Source: Methanotrichaceae archaeon
GTDB taxonomy: Archaea; Halobacteriota; Methanosarcinia; Methanotrichales; Methanotrichaceae
Reading direction: 5' to 3'
DNA: 64,000 nt
NCBI GenBank assembly: GCA_963813075.1
Contig: CAWEXU010000030.1
Span: forward strand, 320,001 to 384,000
Position 1 is the first letter of the stretch. Each line of letters opens with the position of its first letter. The position numbers were made by a program, and so were the translations under genes. Of this stretch, positions 1 through 11,186 are shown in pieces. The notes beneath the pieces were generated by a model, which saw only the letters and a list, made by a program, of their open reading frames with translations, made no database searches and was not told the origin of the DNA.

Positions 1-707
1 GCTTTTTTGAGAACAGACTCTGCATGCTTATAGTCCGGAGCAGTTACATGAATGCGGTATCGCGGTGCTCCGATATACGACACTGAAAGGGTAGCATCCT
101 TGTCCTTGATCCTTCTGGCCTGTTTTAGAGCCTTGCGGATTACATCCACTCCATCCGCAGCAGGGGATGTGATATCCACATAGCCGCTGATATCAACCGA
201 CGGTATCTTGACGTTGTCTTTAGATAAGCTCTCTAAGATCTTGACGTCCTCTTCAGTGAGATCGGCATCTTTCAGAGCCTCAGCGCCGCTGATCGCTGCA
301 TCTTCCATGGCCAGATAGAGGCTGTCGTAAACGACCATGAGAGAATCAGCCACCCTCTTAGCATCCTCGGGCTGGTCTTTATAGGCCATCTCCAGCCATT
401 TCCAGGCCTTCTGGTCCGCCTTCCACTCCTGGATCTTCTCCCGCCTCTGATGCTCATTAACATCCTTGAGAGATAGATCGATATGATGCCGGGAGGTATC
501 TACATTCAGTACCTTGCAGACTATCTTCTGCCCTTCTCGCACATGGTCGCGAATGTATTTGATCCATCCGCTGGCTACCTCGGAGATGTGAATCAGGCCC
601 TGCTTGCCTGCATACTCGTCTATGGAGACGAAAGCGCCGAAGTCCACCACCTGAGTTACGGTGCAGACCACAAGAGATCCGGGCTCTGGCCAGCCCTCAC
701 GTTGCAT
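1..707 (-). CDS. eif2a: translation initiation factor 2 subunit alpha (aIF2alpha), 3' end outside window
   Basis: Manual translation from ATG at 707: MQREGWPEPGSLVVCTVTQVVDFGAFVSIDEYAGKQGLIHISEVASGWIKYIRDHVREGQ (S1 domain); open to window edge; follows rps27e in the usual archaeal order. Confidence 0.95.
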   Translation of the reverse strand, partial: MQREGWPEPGSLVVCTVTQVVDFGAFVSIDEYAGKQGLIHISEVASGWIKYIRDHVREGQKIVCKVLNVDTSRHHIDLSLKDVNEHQRREKIQEWKADQKAWKWLEMAYKDQPEDAKRVADSLMVVYDSLYLAMEDAAISGAEALKDADLTEEDVKILESLSKDNVKIPSVDISGYVDITSPAADGVDVIRKALKQARRIKDKDATLSVSYIGAPRYRIHVTAPDYKHAESVLKK

Positions 708-713
708 CAGAAA

Positions 714-881
714 TCACTCGAGCACTTCTACTACGGTGGTTTTGATCAATGCCTTGCCCCCGGTGGGCTCAGCCAGTGTGCGCCCGCAGACCAGGCATTT
801 CACCACGGTTGAGGCATGGGCAAAGATCACCTGCTCATTCTCGCAGTCGTTGCATTTCACCTTGACGAACTTGCTTGGCAT
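714..881 (-). CDS. rps27e: 30S ribosomal protein S27e
   Basis: [20 protein letters not shown]...[17 protein letters not shown] zinc ribbon. Confidence 0.97.
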   Translation of the reverse strand: MPSKFVKVKCNDCENEQVIFAHASTVVKCLVCGRTLAEPTGGKALIKTTVVEVLE

Positions 882-883
882 AT

Positions 884-1165
884 CTAGCTCTCCACCAGAT
901 CGAACTTGCCCGCCTTGAATCCGGGGCGGTTGTGAGCCTTTTTGCATTCGCCGCAGCGGTATCTCAGGTTCAGCCTCTTGGTGGGCTTGTCTCCGCCCGG
1001 AACCTTGGAGAACTTACCCTGATTTCCTATTCCATTGGCCCTGAGCTTCTGCCTGGTAATGCGGGTTAATGTGGAAGCCCGGCCTTTTCTCACCCTTTCC
1101 ACCGTCTGTGCGGTGTGCTTCTTGCAGAACGGACAATAAGCATTAAGCTTTTTTGGCATCTTCAC
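884..1165 (-). CDS. rpl44e: 50S ribosomal protein L44e
   Basis: [34 protein letters not shown]. Confidence 0.97.
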   Translation of the reverse strand: MKMPKKLNAYCPFCKKHTAQTVERVRKGRASTLTRITRQKLRANGIGNQGKFSKVPGGDKPTKRLNLRYRCGECKKAHNRPGFKAGKFDLVES

Positions 1166-1171
1166 TTTTTA

Positions 1172-1747
1172 TCATCTCTGGATCTTCACTTCTGAAGCTA
1201 AATTTTTGTTGCGCAGATTTCTGGCATGAACGGCAGGGAGGACGGCTACATCGTCCCTGACGAGATGGTAGTTCTTCCCGTCAACTCCCGCAAACATAGG
1301 AACATTATCCAGCAACCGCACTACTTCGTATTCCCGCGATATATCTTTTTTGCCCGTTAAAGGCCTTTCGGTGGGATTCATATGGGAAAGGATGGACTCC
1401 CGGCCGAGAGCAATGGTGGAGAGCATCTGCCGGTAGATCTCCGTCTCTTCTGCCGTCATGCCAGTGAAGACCTCCTCCCGAGAGGCTGACCTGGCATTGC
1501 GGAGCGCCCGGCGGACGATCTTCTTTATCCTCTGGTCGATGAGCTTGTTCAGGTTGTTCCTCTCGCTCTTCAGAGTATCCTGGAGGATTTGAGCCTCCAC
1601 GCTGAAGGGATCGGTGACACGAGAGAGCTCCTGGCTCATGCCTGTCAGATAAGTGCCAACCTGCTGGTAGAAATCCAACTCCAGCGGCTGAAGCTCCGCG
1701 GACTTGCGCTCTTCCCGGAGGGCATTGCCCAGATCTATTCCATCCAC
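1172..1747 (-). CDS. DNA replication complex GINS family protein (Gins15-like)
   Basis: Helical A-domain (LREERKSAELQPLELDFY), C-terminal beta domain (VPMFAGVDGKNYHL..DVAVLP); between priS and rpl44e. Confidence 0.8.
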   Translation of the reverse strand: MDGIDLGNALREERKSAELQPLELDFYQQVGTYLTGMSQELSRVTDPFSVEAQILQDTLKSERNNLNKLIDQRIKKIVRRALRNARSASREEVFTGMTAEETEIYRQMLSTIALGRESILSHMNPTERPLTGKKDISREYEVVRLLDNVPMFAGVDGKNYHLVRDDVAVLPAVHARNLRNKNLASEVKIQR

Positions 1748-1776
1748 CTCATCAACAATTTTTACGCGGACTGATC

Positions 1777-3015
1777 TTAAGAGCGGGGATAGTATATAGT
1801 TTTTTCACCGATCTCGTGCCTTGTCCTAGCCTCTGCCACCCCTCTGGCCATCAGGAATACCGCCAGGTAGAGGGGAAGCTCCTCGGTGCCCTCCTTCAGG
1901 CAATAGCTCTGCCCCTTCATCTGGGTGTTGAAGGGCTTTGTGATCTCCAGAAGAACCGGTTCATCCCCGAAGACCACCGCATCCTCCAGGGGATCGAACT
2001 CCTCCAGGCCGCGGATCGATAAGGGCGTCACCCTCAGTCCCGAGCCGCCGTGCAGGCTCCCAGGACAGCGTATCAGCCGGCGCACGTCCGCTGTCACCGG
2101 CTCGTCGGTCTCCCCCCGTTCCCGGTCCAGGTTCAATCCCACTGCCACTCCTTCGCTCTCCAGGCTCTCCTTCAATAGAAGCTTCCAGATACCTGCACTG
2201 CCCCGAAAGAGGTCCAGGTTCCCCCGGCTTATCTCCTCTATCACCCCCTCTCCCTGCAGGCTGCGGTAGAAGCTGGAGGCCTTCTTGGGGCCGATGCCCC
2301 GGACCCGGGAGAGGACGGCCACCGCTCCGGGCTCGTCCAGGGTGCGCAAACCTTCCACAAAGGAGAGGATCGAGCGGTTGATCCTCCCACCCCAGCCCGG
2401 CGCATCCCGGGCCGGGGCTTTCAGATGCTTGCCCCCCTCCCGCCCCCATCCTTCCACCGGAGCCTCGTGAATGAACCGGTCCATGGACAGGCCCCGACCG
2501 GAGAGGTAGTCCACGATCTCCCTCCGCTCGTCCCCCCCAAAGCCATAGATCCGCGGGTCCCGGACATGGATATGATAGCCCCGGCCGCCGGAGAAGACCA
2601 CGCTGATTCTGCTCTCGGGAAAGCCGAAATCGGATAACAGAAAAGTGAGTAGCTTCAGGGTTTCCCTCTTGACCTGCTCGAGCATCCCGGCATAATTTTT
2701 GGGCGCGCCGCGCAGGTGATCGGCATCCAGGTCGAATATCAGGTCCGCACCCTGCCAGATCTTCTCTTTCATCGTCGGCGCGCCGGGCCGCTGATAGTAG
2801 GCGGCGGAGTGATAGACATGGCGGGGAACCATAGAGCGCACATAGTCCACCACCTCCCCCCGGCTGAAGAAGGACTTGTGCCGGCGCATGCCCGAGTCGT
2901 CGAAGAACAGAAATCCCCATTCCCTGGACTGCAGGCCGGGAGGGACATCCAGGGTGGCCTGGATATAATACTCCCGGAACCTGGAGACGAGGAGGTTCAG
3001 GGTTAGGGCGTTCAA
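1777..3015 (-). CDS. priS: DNA primase small (catalytic) subunit
   Basis: REWGF, DLIFDLDAD, FSGGRGYHIH, DEPVTADVRRLIRCPGSLH motifs. Confidence 0.95.
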   Translation of the reverse strand: MNALTLNLLVSRFREYYIQATLDVPPGLQSREWGFLFFDDSGMRRHKSFFSRGEVVDYVRSMVPRHVYHSAAYYQRPGAPTMKEKIWQGADLIFDLDADHLRGAPKNYAGMLEQVKRETLKLLTFLLSDFGFPESRISVVFSGGRGYHIHVRDPRIYGFGGDERREIVDYLSGRGLSMDRFIHEAPVEGWGREGGKHLKAPARDAPGWGGRINRSILSFVEGLRTLDEPGAVAVLSRVRGIGPKKASSFYRSLQGEGVIEEISRGNLDLFRGSAGIWKLLLKESLESEGVAVGLNLDRERGETDEPVTADVRRLIRCPGSLHGGSGLRVTPLSIRGLEEFDPLEDAVVFGDEPVLLEITKPFNTQMKGQSYCLKEGTEELPLYLAVFLMARGVAEARTRHEIGEKTIYYPRS

Positions 3016-3019
3016 TTCA

Positions 3020-3749
3020 TCACCTCAAGTACACCTCTGGCCGGCGGTCAGCAAAGCAGGGGATCTCTTCTCGCACCCGGTCCCTCTCGGAGAAGTCGAC
3101 CTCAGCGATTATGACCTCTTCGCCGCACTTCGCTTCTGCCAGAACACTGCCCCGGGCGCTGATGATCATGGAGCCACCCCCTTCCGCCCAGTTGCAGGCC
3201 AGGTGGGGGATCTGGTTCTCTATCGCCCGCGCCAGGCTGAGCGCCCGCCACTGCTCGCGCCTATGCGCCGGAAACTGGGCCAGGGTCACCAGGAGGTCGG
3301 CATCCTGAAGGGCCAGGGAGCGGGCCACCTCAGGAAAGCGCAGGTCGTAGCAGATCTCAAGGCCCACCCGGCCCCAGCGGGTGGATATGGGAGAGATCAA
3401 GTTCCCCCCATCGAAGTGCTTTTTCTCCTCGCCGAAGGGATGAATCTTTGGCCGCAGCTCCAAGCCGGAAGGGGCCAGGCAGAAACCGAGGTTCAAGCGG
3501 CCGCGACGGACTGAGCCGATGATCAGGCAATTGTGCTCCCTGGCCAGGGCGCGGAAGGGATCGAGCTCTTCGAATGCAGCCGTCTCCCATCTCCCCGGTC
3601 TCATAGCAGAATCCGGATAGAAAAAGCTCCGGATAGACCAGTATCTCTGCACCCCTCTCCAGAGCGGAGCGGGCCAATGAGAGGGCACGAGAGAGGTTCT
3701 CGGGATCCTGACAGGGCAGGACAGTCTGCTGAAGGAGGGCAGCACGCAT
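3020..3749 (-). CDS. carbon-nitrogen hydrolase (nitrilase family), frameshift near 3588
   Basis: N-terminus MRAALLQ..LVYPELFLSGF in one frame; KIHPF and ICYDLRFPE in another; removing one G from ATGGGAG joins them. Confidence 0.85.
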
Positions 3750-3800
3750 GCTAAAAAGAAGGCAAGTCCGTATATATTAAGATGGACCTGGTTAGCCCGG

Positions 3801-4682
3801 ATGATCAGGAGCTTCAGAAGCTGGACATATGAGACCCTAGAGGAAGGGGGTCATGCCCACGGCTGGCCAAGACTGGTCAACATCGCCCTCATGCTTTTGG
3901 TGGTTTTAAATGTCCTGGCGGTGATCATGGAGACGGTGGAATGGCTCTATTCCGCTTACGGGCCCCTATTTGAGGCCTTCAATATATTCTCCATAGGGAT
4001 ATTCACCATCGAGTATATCCTGCGCGTCTGGAGCTGCACCGAGGACCCAAGATACCGGGCCCCTCAGGGCAGCAGGCTGCGTTTTGCCTTCACCCCCCTG
4101 GCAATAGTGGACCTCATCGCGGTGCTCCCCTTCTATCTGCCATTCGTACTCGCCGACCTGAGGTTCATTCGCGCTATGCGCCTCTTCCGCCTTTTCCGGA
4201 TTTTTAAGCTGGCCCACTACTCGCGCGCCCTGCAGACCTTCGATGACGTCCTCCGGCTGAAAAAGGATGAGCTGGCTCTCATGCTCTTCACCATGATCAT
4301 CCTGCTCATCACCTCCGCCGGCCTGATGTACGAGGCGGAGAATGCTGCCCAGCCCGAGGCCTTCGCCTCCATTCCCGATGCCATGTGGTGGAGCATTGTG
4401 ACCCTGGCCACTGTGGGGTATGGCGATATCTACCCGGTCACCCCCTGGGGGAGGCTGATCGGCTCGATGGTGGTGATCCTGGGAATCGGCCTGTTTGCCC
4501 TGCCCGCGGGGATCCTGGCCATGGGTTTTGTCCAGGTGCAGGCCAGAATGAAGGAGGGGGATAATGGCGCGGGATTGGTATGTCCCTACTGCGGCCGGCT
4601 GATAGGAGAGACTGCCGGACATAAGAGGGAGCAGGATGAAGAGGCTGAGAGGATCGAGACGGGGCGGTTGCGGTGGTTATGA
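3801..4682 (+). CDS. voltage-gated potassium channel (6TM)
   Basis: S4 RFIRAMRLFRLFRIFKL; filter TLATVGYGD. Confidence 0.93.
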   Translation: MIRSFRSWTYETLEEGGHAHGWPRLVNIALMLLVVLNVLAVIMETVEWLYSAYGPLFEAFNIFSIGIFTIEYILRVWSCTEDPRYRAPQGSRLRFAFTPLAIVDLIAVLPFYLPFVLADLRFIRAMRLFRLFRIFKLAHYSRALQTFDDVLRLKKDELALMLFTMIILLITSAGLMYEAENAAQPEAFASIPDAMWWSIVTLATVGYGDIYPVTPWGRLIGSMVVILGIGLFALPAGILAMGFVQVQARMKEGDNGAGLVCPYCGRLIGETAGHKREQDEEAERIETGRLRWL

Positions 4683-4768
4683 GCTATAGCCTTTATGGAT
4701 ATCGATTATCAAGAAGTTTCGCCGAAGTTCCTCTGGAGATGCCGGACGGATGCCTTCCCTCACCGGAG

Positions 4769-4953
4769 GGGATTCATCCGACAAATTCATCTTCTCATAA
4801 TTGCCATAAGATCTGTCAATCCAGCCGATCAGATGGTTGGATGTAACGAGGAGAGGGCCGGGAGCGGCAAAAGGTAAAGGAAGATATTGTAAGGAAAGCC
4901 GCCCCTGGCCACAAACCAGTAGCGGAGCTATTATGCTTATTAATTCTATCGGT
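4769..4953. repeat. ~185-bp degenerate direct repeat, copy 1
   Basis: Aligns to 5854-6038 with identical 32-nt and 27-nt blocks. Confidence 0.9.
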
Positions 4954-5078
4954 TGACGGGAGAATAATCCCTCCTTCAATCCAGAGAATGCAGGAGCGGT
5001 CCGGATCTCCCATTTTTCATGATCATCACCTATTTCGTCATTGGATTTATCCGGGTTAAGATGCTCATTCTGATAGAT

Positions 5079-5843
5079 ATGTACCAGTTCGTCCTCACCC
5101 CGGCGGCGGGAAAACGGCTGATAGCCAAAGCCCTGGCCCTTCATCCTGCCATTTTAAAAGCCCTGCGCTCCCACACCATAGTGATCATCGCTGGCACCAC
5201 CAACGGCTACATTGCAGAGGAGATACTGTTGGCACTGGGCCAGGAGGAGAGCTTCTCTAAGAACCGTTTCTTCCGGGGGATCACCCTTCTGCCGGGAAAG
5301 ACCACCACGGAGGGCCGGCTGGCCGACCAGAGCCATTTTCCCGGAGACGTGGTGATAGAGAAAGGGATCTGGCAGAAGGGCACCACCATATTCGATGTCG
5401 CCGCCAGCCTCAAGGAAGGAGATGTCATCCTCAAGGGGGCCAATGCTCTGGATCCCGTCCGCCATCAGGCAGGGGTTTTGATCGGCCACCCCCAGGGGGG
5501 GACGGCAATCGCTGCCCTGCAGGCGGCAGTGGGCCGCAGGGTGGGTCTGATCATCCCCGTGGGGCTGGAAAAACGGATACCAGGAGATCTGATCGATCTG
5601 GCGGCGCGAGCTAATGCCGCCGGCAATAGCGGCCCCAGGCTCCTTCCTCTGCCGGGAGAGGTCTTCACCGAGATCGAGGCCATAAGGCTGCTATCCGGTG
5701 CCGAAGCGGAGATCCTGGCCGCAGGCGGGGTGGGAGGAGCGGAGGGCGCGGTCTGGCTGGCGGTAGAGGGCAGCGCCGAGGAGCTAGAGGCCTGTAAAAG
5801 GCAAGTGGAAGCGATCATTGGGGAAGAGAATTTCAGGATCTAG
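5079..5843 (+). CDS. conserved hypothetical protein
   Basis: MYQFVLTPAAGKRLIAKA..GTTNGY..LKGANAL..PVGLEK; host-like codon usage. Confidence 0.8.
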   Translation: MYQFVLTPAAGKRLIAKALALHPAILKALRSHTIVIIAGTTNGYIAEEILLALGQEESFSKNRFFRGITLLPGKTTTEGRLADQSHFPGDVVIEKGIWQKGTTIFDVAASLKEGDVILKGANALDPVRHQAGVLIGHPQGGTAIAALQAAVGRRVGLIIPVGLEKRIPGDLIDLAARANAAGNSGPRLLPLPGEVFTEIEAIRLLSGAEAEILAAGGVGGAEGAVWLAVEGSAEELEACKRQVEAIIGEENFRI

Positions 5844-5853
5844 ATTGAGAAGA

Positions 5854-6620
<767 letters not shown>

Positions 6621-6700
6621 GAGCGAGAGAAAGCCTGCCATCAGAATGTTATTCAAAAAAGAGTATGGGCAAGGGAATGGTTGGAGCCCATCGATAATGC

Positions 6701-7801
6701 TCAGTTGCGCGGATCGGGCAGGGGAAGGCTATCCATTGGCGTAGTGTTGACCGTGGTATTGTTGGCCCTCATGCCAGCGTTATCCTCTGGGGACTGCCTT
6801 TTCAGAATCACAAAGCTGGTTTTTTCCTCGGACGGAGCATCATCCGCCACCGGGAGGACCTCGACACTTGCAGTTCCATTCAATCCATTCAATCCATCCA
6901 ATCCATCATCCACTGCCACAGCCACCGCCTCGCTCTGAGGATATGACGGCATCTGGAAGAGCTGAGCAGAACTGGCCTCGGGCGGCAGGACGATATTTAT
7001 TCTCTCATTGAATCCATCAAAGACTATGGAGGTGGTGGAGCTTATGCGAACCGCCATATTCACATCGGCGGCCAGCAGTCCCAGCGACTGGGGAGTCATA
7101 TAAAGGGTCTCGAACACATCTGCCCTCTTTATCAGATGGCTCTCTTTTGATATCCAGTAATGGACTTCCATTGTCATATTGCGGAAGAATTCAGAGCTGT
7201 TCAGGGGGAAGAATGGCATATAGGAGGCCACCTCCTGAGAAAGGGGATCGGCATAAGAGGCAATGTCCATCTCTGCCCGCACCTTATAGCAGTCCTCGTC
7301 TCCCACCCTCTCCGAGCCGATCAGAGTAAGCCGGGACGAATTGAGCATATCGACCTGCTGGTCCAGGGAATTTTGCTCAGACCAGGCGTCGCTCATTCCG
7401 GATAGCTCGAGAGCGGTCCAGTTGCCATCCATCTTCATATAAATGGTATCGTTTTGCAGATACTCTTCCAGGGCCACTGCCGAGGAGTTGCCCTCATCGC
7501 CGGGAACAAATGTAAACGAGGCCAGGACAAGCTTCAGGGCCTGATCGGTCATATTCACCAGGCCAAAGCCGATGGACCGGGTCTGAATCTCTTGGGACTG
7601 GCCGGAAGAGAGGTTCTCAAGCACCATATCCTGCTCCATCTTCATAAAAAAGCTGTAGGATGCCAGTTCGTCCGATGATGCGACGACCAGCTCCCTCAGA
7701 GCGGATGACATGGCATCATCTCTGGAGCGGTCAGTTGTCTGGCATAAAGCGCAGGAGCTTACCAGCAGCAAGGCTAATGCCATAATTATCAGGTATCTCA
7801 T
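6701..7801 (-). CDS. secreted hypothetical protein (possibly DUF6612/LppX-like)
   Basis: Signal peptide; beta-rich body (YWISKESHLIKR); acidic tail. Confidence 0.7.
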   Translation of the reverse strand: MRYLIIMALALLLVSSCALCQTTDRSRDDAMSSALRELVVASSDELASYSFFMKMEQDMVLENLSSGQSQEIQTRSIGFGLVNMTDQALKLVLASFTFVPGDEGNSSAVALEEYLQNDTIYMKMDGNWTALELSGMSDAWSEQNSLDQQVDMLNSSRLTLIGSERVGDEDCYKVRAEMDIASYADPLSQEVASYMPFFPLNSSEFFRNMTMEVHYWISKESHLIKRADVFETLYMTPQSLGLLAADVNMAVRISSTTSIVFDGFNERINIVLPPEASSAQLFQMPSYPQSEAVAVAVDDGLDGLNGLNGTASVEVLPVADDAPSEEKTSFVILKRQSPEDNAGMRANNTTVNTTPMDSLPLPDPRN

Positions 7802-7841
7802 GGGGATGATGTAGCTAGAACAGGGTAAATCTTTTTTGCTC

Positions 7842-8339
7842 CTATTCTACCTTCTTGAACATGCTTCCCTTCACCCCGCAGACCGGGCACTTATCGGGAG
7901 CCTCGCGCTCCACCGTCATGCCGCAGACCGGGCAGACGTAGTAGGGGAATGATTCCTTTTGAGTTTCCAGCCCCTCGAGCATGGCATGATAGAGCCTGGC
8001 ATGGTGCTCTTCCACCGCATTGGCATAGTTGAATGAACGCTCTGCATCCCGAGCGCCCTCCTCTTTTGCAGCGGCGATCATCTCCGGGTACATGTCCTTG
8101 AACTCATGCGTCTCCCCGGCGATCGCTTCGCGCATATTCTCCTTGGTGGTCTTGATGGCCTTCAGGGCGCGCAGGTGGTTGGCTGCGTGCACCGCCTCCG
8201 CCTCCGCCGCGGCGCGAAAGAGCCTGGCGGCCTGATTGAAGCCCTCTTTATCCGCCTGGGCGGCAAATGCGCTGTACTTCCTGTTCGCTCCGGATTCGCC
8301 GGCAAACGCTTCCTGCAAGAAATCCTCTGTTCGGGTCAT
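7842..8339 (-). CDS. rubrerythrin
   Basis: AFAGES, EAVHA, ETHE, EEHH; CPVCG..CPVCG rubredoxin-like tail. Confidence 0.95.
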   Translation of the reverse strand: MTRTEDFLQEAFAGESGANRKYSAFAAQADKEGFNQAARLFRAAAEAEAVHAANHLRALKAIKTTKENMREAIAGETHEFKDMYPEMIAAAKEEGARDAERSFNYANAVEEHHARLYHAMLEGLETQKESFPYYVCPVCGMTVEREAPDKCPVCGVKGSMFKKVE

Positions 8340-8418
8340 ATCGTTAACTCCTTTACATGATTCAGTGGAATTATAGTTGATTTTTTATGAGATAAATCTG
8401 TTGAAATTCGAAGATCAT

Positions 8419-8985
8419 CTACTCATCCAGGCAGAGATCCTCAGATAGATCCTCAGAGTAAAGATCTGAATCAATAGACTGATCATTGGCGGCCAGATCA
8501 TAGTATCCGGTTATCCTCAGTATGTCCAGACTGGATATCTCATAGGCCCCACCTTTTCTCTCCAGTGGGGGATTGACCTGGACCTCCTGCAGTGTTATGC
8601 CCGTCCCACCCTCATTGTAGCGGTCGAATATCAGACCCCAGGGGACGAGGTGGGCAGTCCTGCTCTTTCCCACCCCGTGACGCAGCTCCACCGCCAGTAT
8701 TCCCTGCCGCCCGGAGCGGGTGATGAAATCGGTCTCCCTATCTATCTGATGGGCTCCGGCCGCCATACTGAAGTGCTGCTTGAAATATAGCGACCTCGTC
8801 TTGCGCGCATCAAGGCTTTTGCATTCGATTGCCAGGTAATACTCCGGAATTTTGGAGTCCACCAGGATATCGGCCAGCTGGGTGGCAAATCGAGATTGTC
8901 GGAGCCGGTAGGCTATGGCAGCGATGCCCTCCCTTTTGAAGAAGGAGTTGAGAGAATTGACCATTGCCCACTCAAAGTCGCCCAT
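8419..8985 (-). CDS. Holliday junction resolvase-like PD-(D/E)xK nuclease
   Basis: MGDFE..ADILVDS..LAIECKS motif. Confidence 0.75.
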   Translation of the reverse strand: MGDFEWAMVNSLNSFFKREGIAAIAYRLRQSRFATQLADILVDSKIPEYYLAIECKSLDARKTRSLYFKQHFSMAAGAHQIDRETDFITRSGRQGILAVELRHGVGKSRTAHLVPWGLIFDRYNEGGTGITLQEVQVNPPLERKGGAYEISSLDILRITGYYDLAANDQSIDSDLYSEDLSEDLCLDE

Positions 8986-9113
8986 CTGTAGAGATATTTC
9001 AAAGCCCCAATTAAAGTATCTTTTCCCGAGCAATCACTTTCGCCCCGCCCTCATTCCCACACTTTATAGCCTTTGGGCAAGAACATCCCCTGTTGCTCTC
9101 TGTGAGGATTCAT

Positions 9114-9350
9114 ATGGTAGTGGGAAGAACTCTGTGGGACTTCGCAATTGAGGTCGTTAAAACGCCGGGATTCGGCTTATTTCTCATAGCTCTGCTCATC
9201 TTTATTGAATTTATTTTAATACTGATATTGATAATGACATATGCAGGATTGATCGATATAGAATTCAGCTACGGCGGACTGGGTGTGGTGATGCATCATC
9301 TCACCGGCTATCTGGCTTGTGAGCATGATGGTAATATGATATTGACATAG
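9114..9350 (+). CDS. small hypothetical membrane protein
   Basis: Long hydrophobic run FGLFLIALLIFIEFILILILIMTY. Confidence 0.5.
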   Translation: MVVGRTLWDFAIEVVKTPGFGLFLIALLIFIEFILILILIMTYAGLIDIEFSYGGLGVVMHHLTGYLACEHDGNMILT

Positions 9351-9422
9351 ACATATTAAGAGTCTGAAAAACTTAAAGTACTGGAGAAGGGATGGAGATC
9401 TCATGGACCAGGAGGCAGTGAT

Positions 9423-10106
9423 TTGCCGCATACGGCATCGTCAGAGCTGAAGAGCAAAGATCTGGGCAGGTTTATCCGTGCCCGCTCCATCTCCGATGCC
9501 TGGCACAGGAGCCTGAACCTCATCTGGCGACAGGGAGAGGAGATATCGGATGAGAGGGGGACACGTATCCGGGAGCTTTTATCCCTGCAGGTGGTGGTGG
9601 AGGACCCATACCAGGAGATGATTCCTGAGGAGTATTCCTGGAACAAAGAGCGCCTGGAGGAGTACGCCCATCAGCTGCAGAGCAGCGAGAACCCTGGATT
9701 TGAGTATACCTATGGGGAGAGGCTGCGCGCCTGGTCCCTGCCGGGCACGCCTCCTCTGGATCAGATCGATATGGCCATCAGGCGGCTGAATGAATCCCCT
9801 GCCACCCGTCGAGCCACCGCAGTGACCTGGATCCCGCCGGTGGATTCAGCTAAAGACGAGGTTCCCTGCATGATCGTGGATGACTTCAAGCTGCGCGACG
9901 GTCGATTGCATCTGGCCGTCTTCTTCCGCAGCCATGACTTCGCCGGGGCCTATCCCGCCAACCTCTACGGCCTGGCCAGGCTGCTGGAGTATGCCGCCCA
10001 AAAGGTGGGAGCCCGGCCGGGATCTATATCCACCACCAGTGCCTCCGCCCACATCTATGAGCACGATTGGGACTGGGTGGAGGAGATGCTCCATGGAAGA
10101 GGCTAA
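9423..10106 (+). CDS. thyA: archaeal thymidylate synthase
   Basis: FEYTYGERL, TRRA, VPCM, FRSHD..AYPAN, SAHIY. Confidence 0.9.
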   Translation: MPHTASSELKSKDLGRFIRARSISDAWHRSLNLIWRQGEEISDERGTRIRELLSLQVVVEDPYQEMIPEEYSWNKERLEEYAHQLQSSENPGFEYTYGERLRAWSLPGTPPLDQIDMAIRRLNESPATRRATAVTWIPPVDSAKDEVPCMIVDDFKLRDGRLHLAVFFRSHDFAGAYPANLYGLARLLEYAAQKVGARPGSISTTSASAHIYEHDWDWVEEMLHGRG

Positions 10107-10162
10107 GGATAAACAGGGCGAGCGAAAGGCATATCTGCATTCATCGAAAATCCATTACGCTT

Positions 10163-11176
10163 ATGGTCGATAGCCTTCTGATGATCAAGGCAGAAGAGGT
10201 CCACAAAAGGATAGAGGAGGGCAGGCCGGTTGAGTATGAGAACGTCATCATCTATGGCGACCTGGACCTGCACAATCTGGACCTGCCTTTGAACAAAAAT
10301 AAGCGGAAGATGGTAAAATCGATAATCAAGATAGAGTACTCGGTGATCAAGGGGAATGTGTTCTTCGATCACTCCAGCTTTTTGGGGCTGGTGGACTTTG
10401 ACGGCACCGTCTTCTCCCAGGCGGCCAACTTCTCGGATTCCCATTTTCAGGAGGACGCCGGATTCTCAGAATCTCAGTTCCAGGGAGAAGCTAACTTCTC
10501 CCGCGCCCACTTCACCACCGAGGCCAACTTCTCCCGCGCCAGGTTCAGCGACGCCGACTTCGGCAGGGGGCGTTTTTACCGTAGCTTTCACCTCTCCAAT
10601 GCCAAAGTGTACACCCTGCGCCTCTCCGATGCCATCTTTGAGGACGGCTCGAGCATCCACCTGAAGGACCTGAACTACAACCGGATTGTCGTCCGCTGGA
10701 ACTCCATCCGCGACAATCTGCCCTACAACGGCTCAGTCTATCTCACCCTGATCAGGAACTTCAGGAACCAGGAGCAGTTCGAGGACGAGGACGACTGCTA
10801 CTACCAGTATCGAAAGGAGAAGCAGGCCCGGAACACGAAGCTATTTGCAAAATTGATCGACAAATTGGCATGGCTCTCCTGCGGTTATGGGGTCCGGCCT
10901 TCCCACACCATGCTCCTCAGCCTGTCCCTGATCATCCTCTTCACTGCCATCTACTGGGTAGGGCATGCCCTTCAGCCCTCGGCCTCTGCCGATCCGGGGA
11001 GCATCATAACCCTGAACGATGCCTTCTACTTCAGCAGCATGTGGTTTCTTGGCCGGGCGCCCCAGAACATCAGCATCATTGAGGGCTTGGAATTTCTGAC
11101 CGTCTTTGAGACCCTGGCCGGATGGCTGCTCATGGCTCTTTTCCTGGTGACCATGAGCAAGGTGATGCTGAGGTGA
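10163..11176 (+). CDS. pentapeptide-repeat protein with C-terminal channel-like 2TM module
   Basis: ANFSxAxF repeats; CGYGVRP; TM-DAFYFSS-TM. Confidence 0.85.
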   Translation: MVDSLLMIKAEEVHKRIEEGRPVEYENVIIYGDLDLHNLDLPLNKNKRKMVKSIIKIEYSVIKGNVFFDHSSFLGLVDFDGTVFSQAANFSDSHFQEDAGFSESQFQGEANFSRAHFTTEANFSRARFSDADFGRGRFYRSFHLSNAKVYTLRLSDAIFEDGSSIHLKDLNYNRIVVRWNSIRDNLPYNGSVYLTLIRNFRNQEQFEDEDDCYYQYRKEKQARNTKLFAKLIDKLAWLSCGYGVRPSHTMLLSLSLIILFTAIYWVGHALQPSASADPGSIITLNDAFYFSSMWFLGRAPQNISIIEGLEFLTVFETLAGWLLMALFLVTMSKVMLR

Positions 11177-11186
11177 ATTCACCCCA

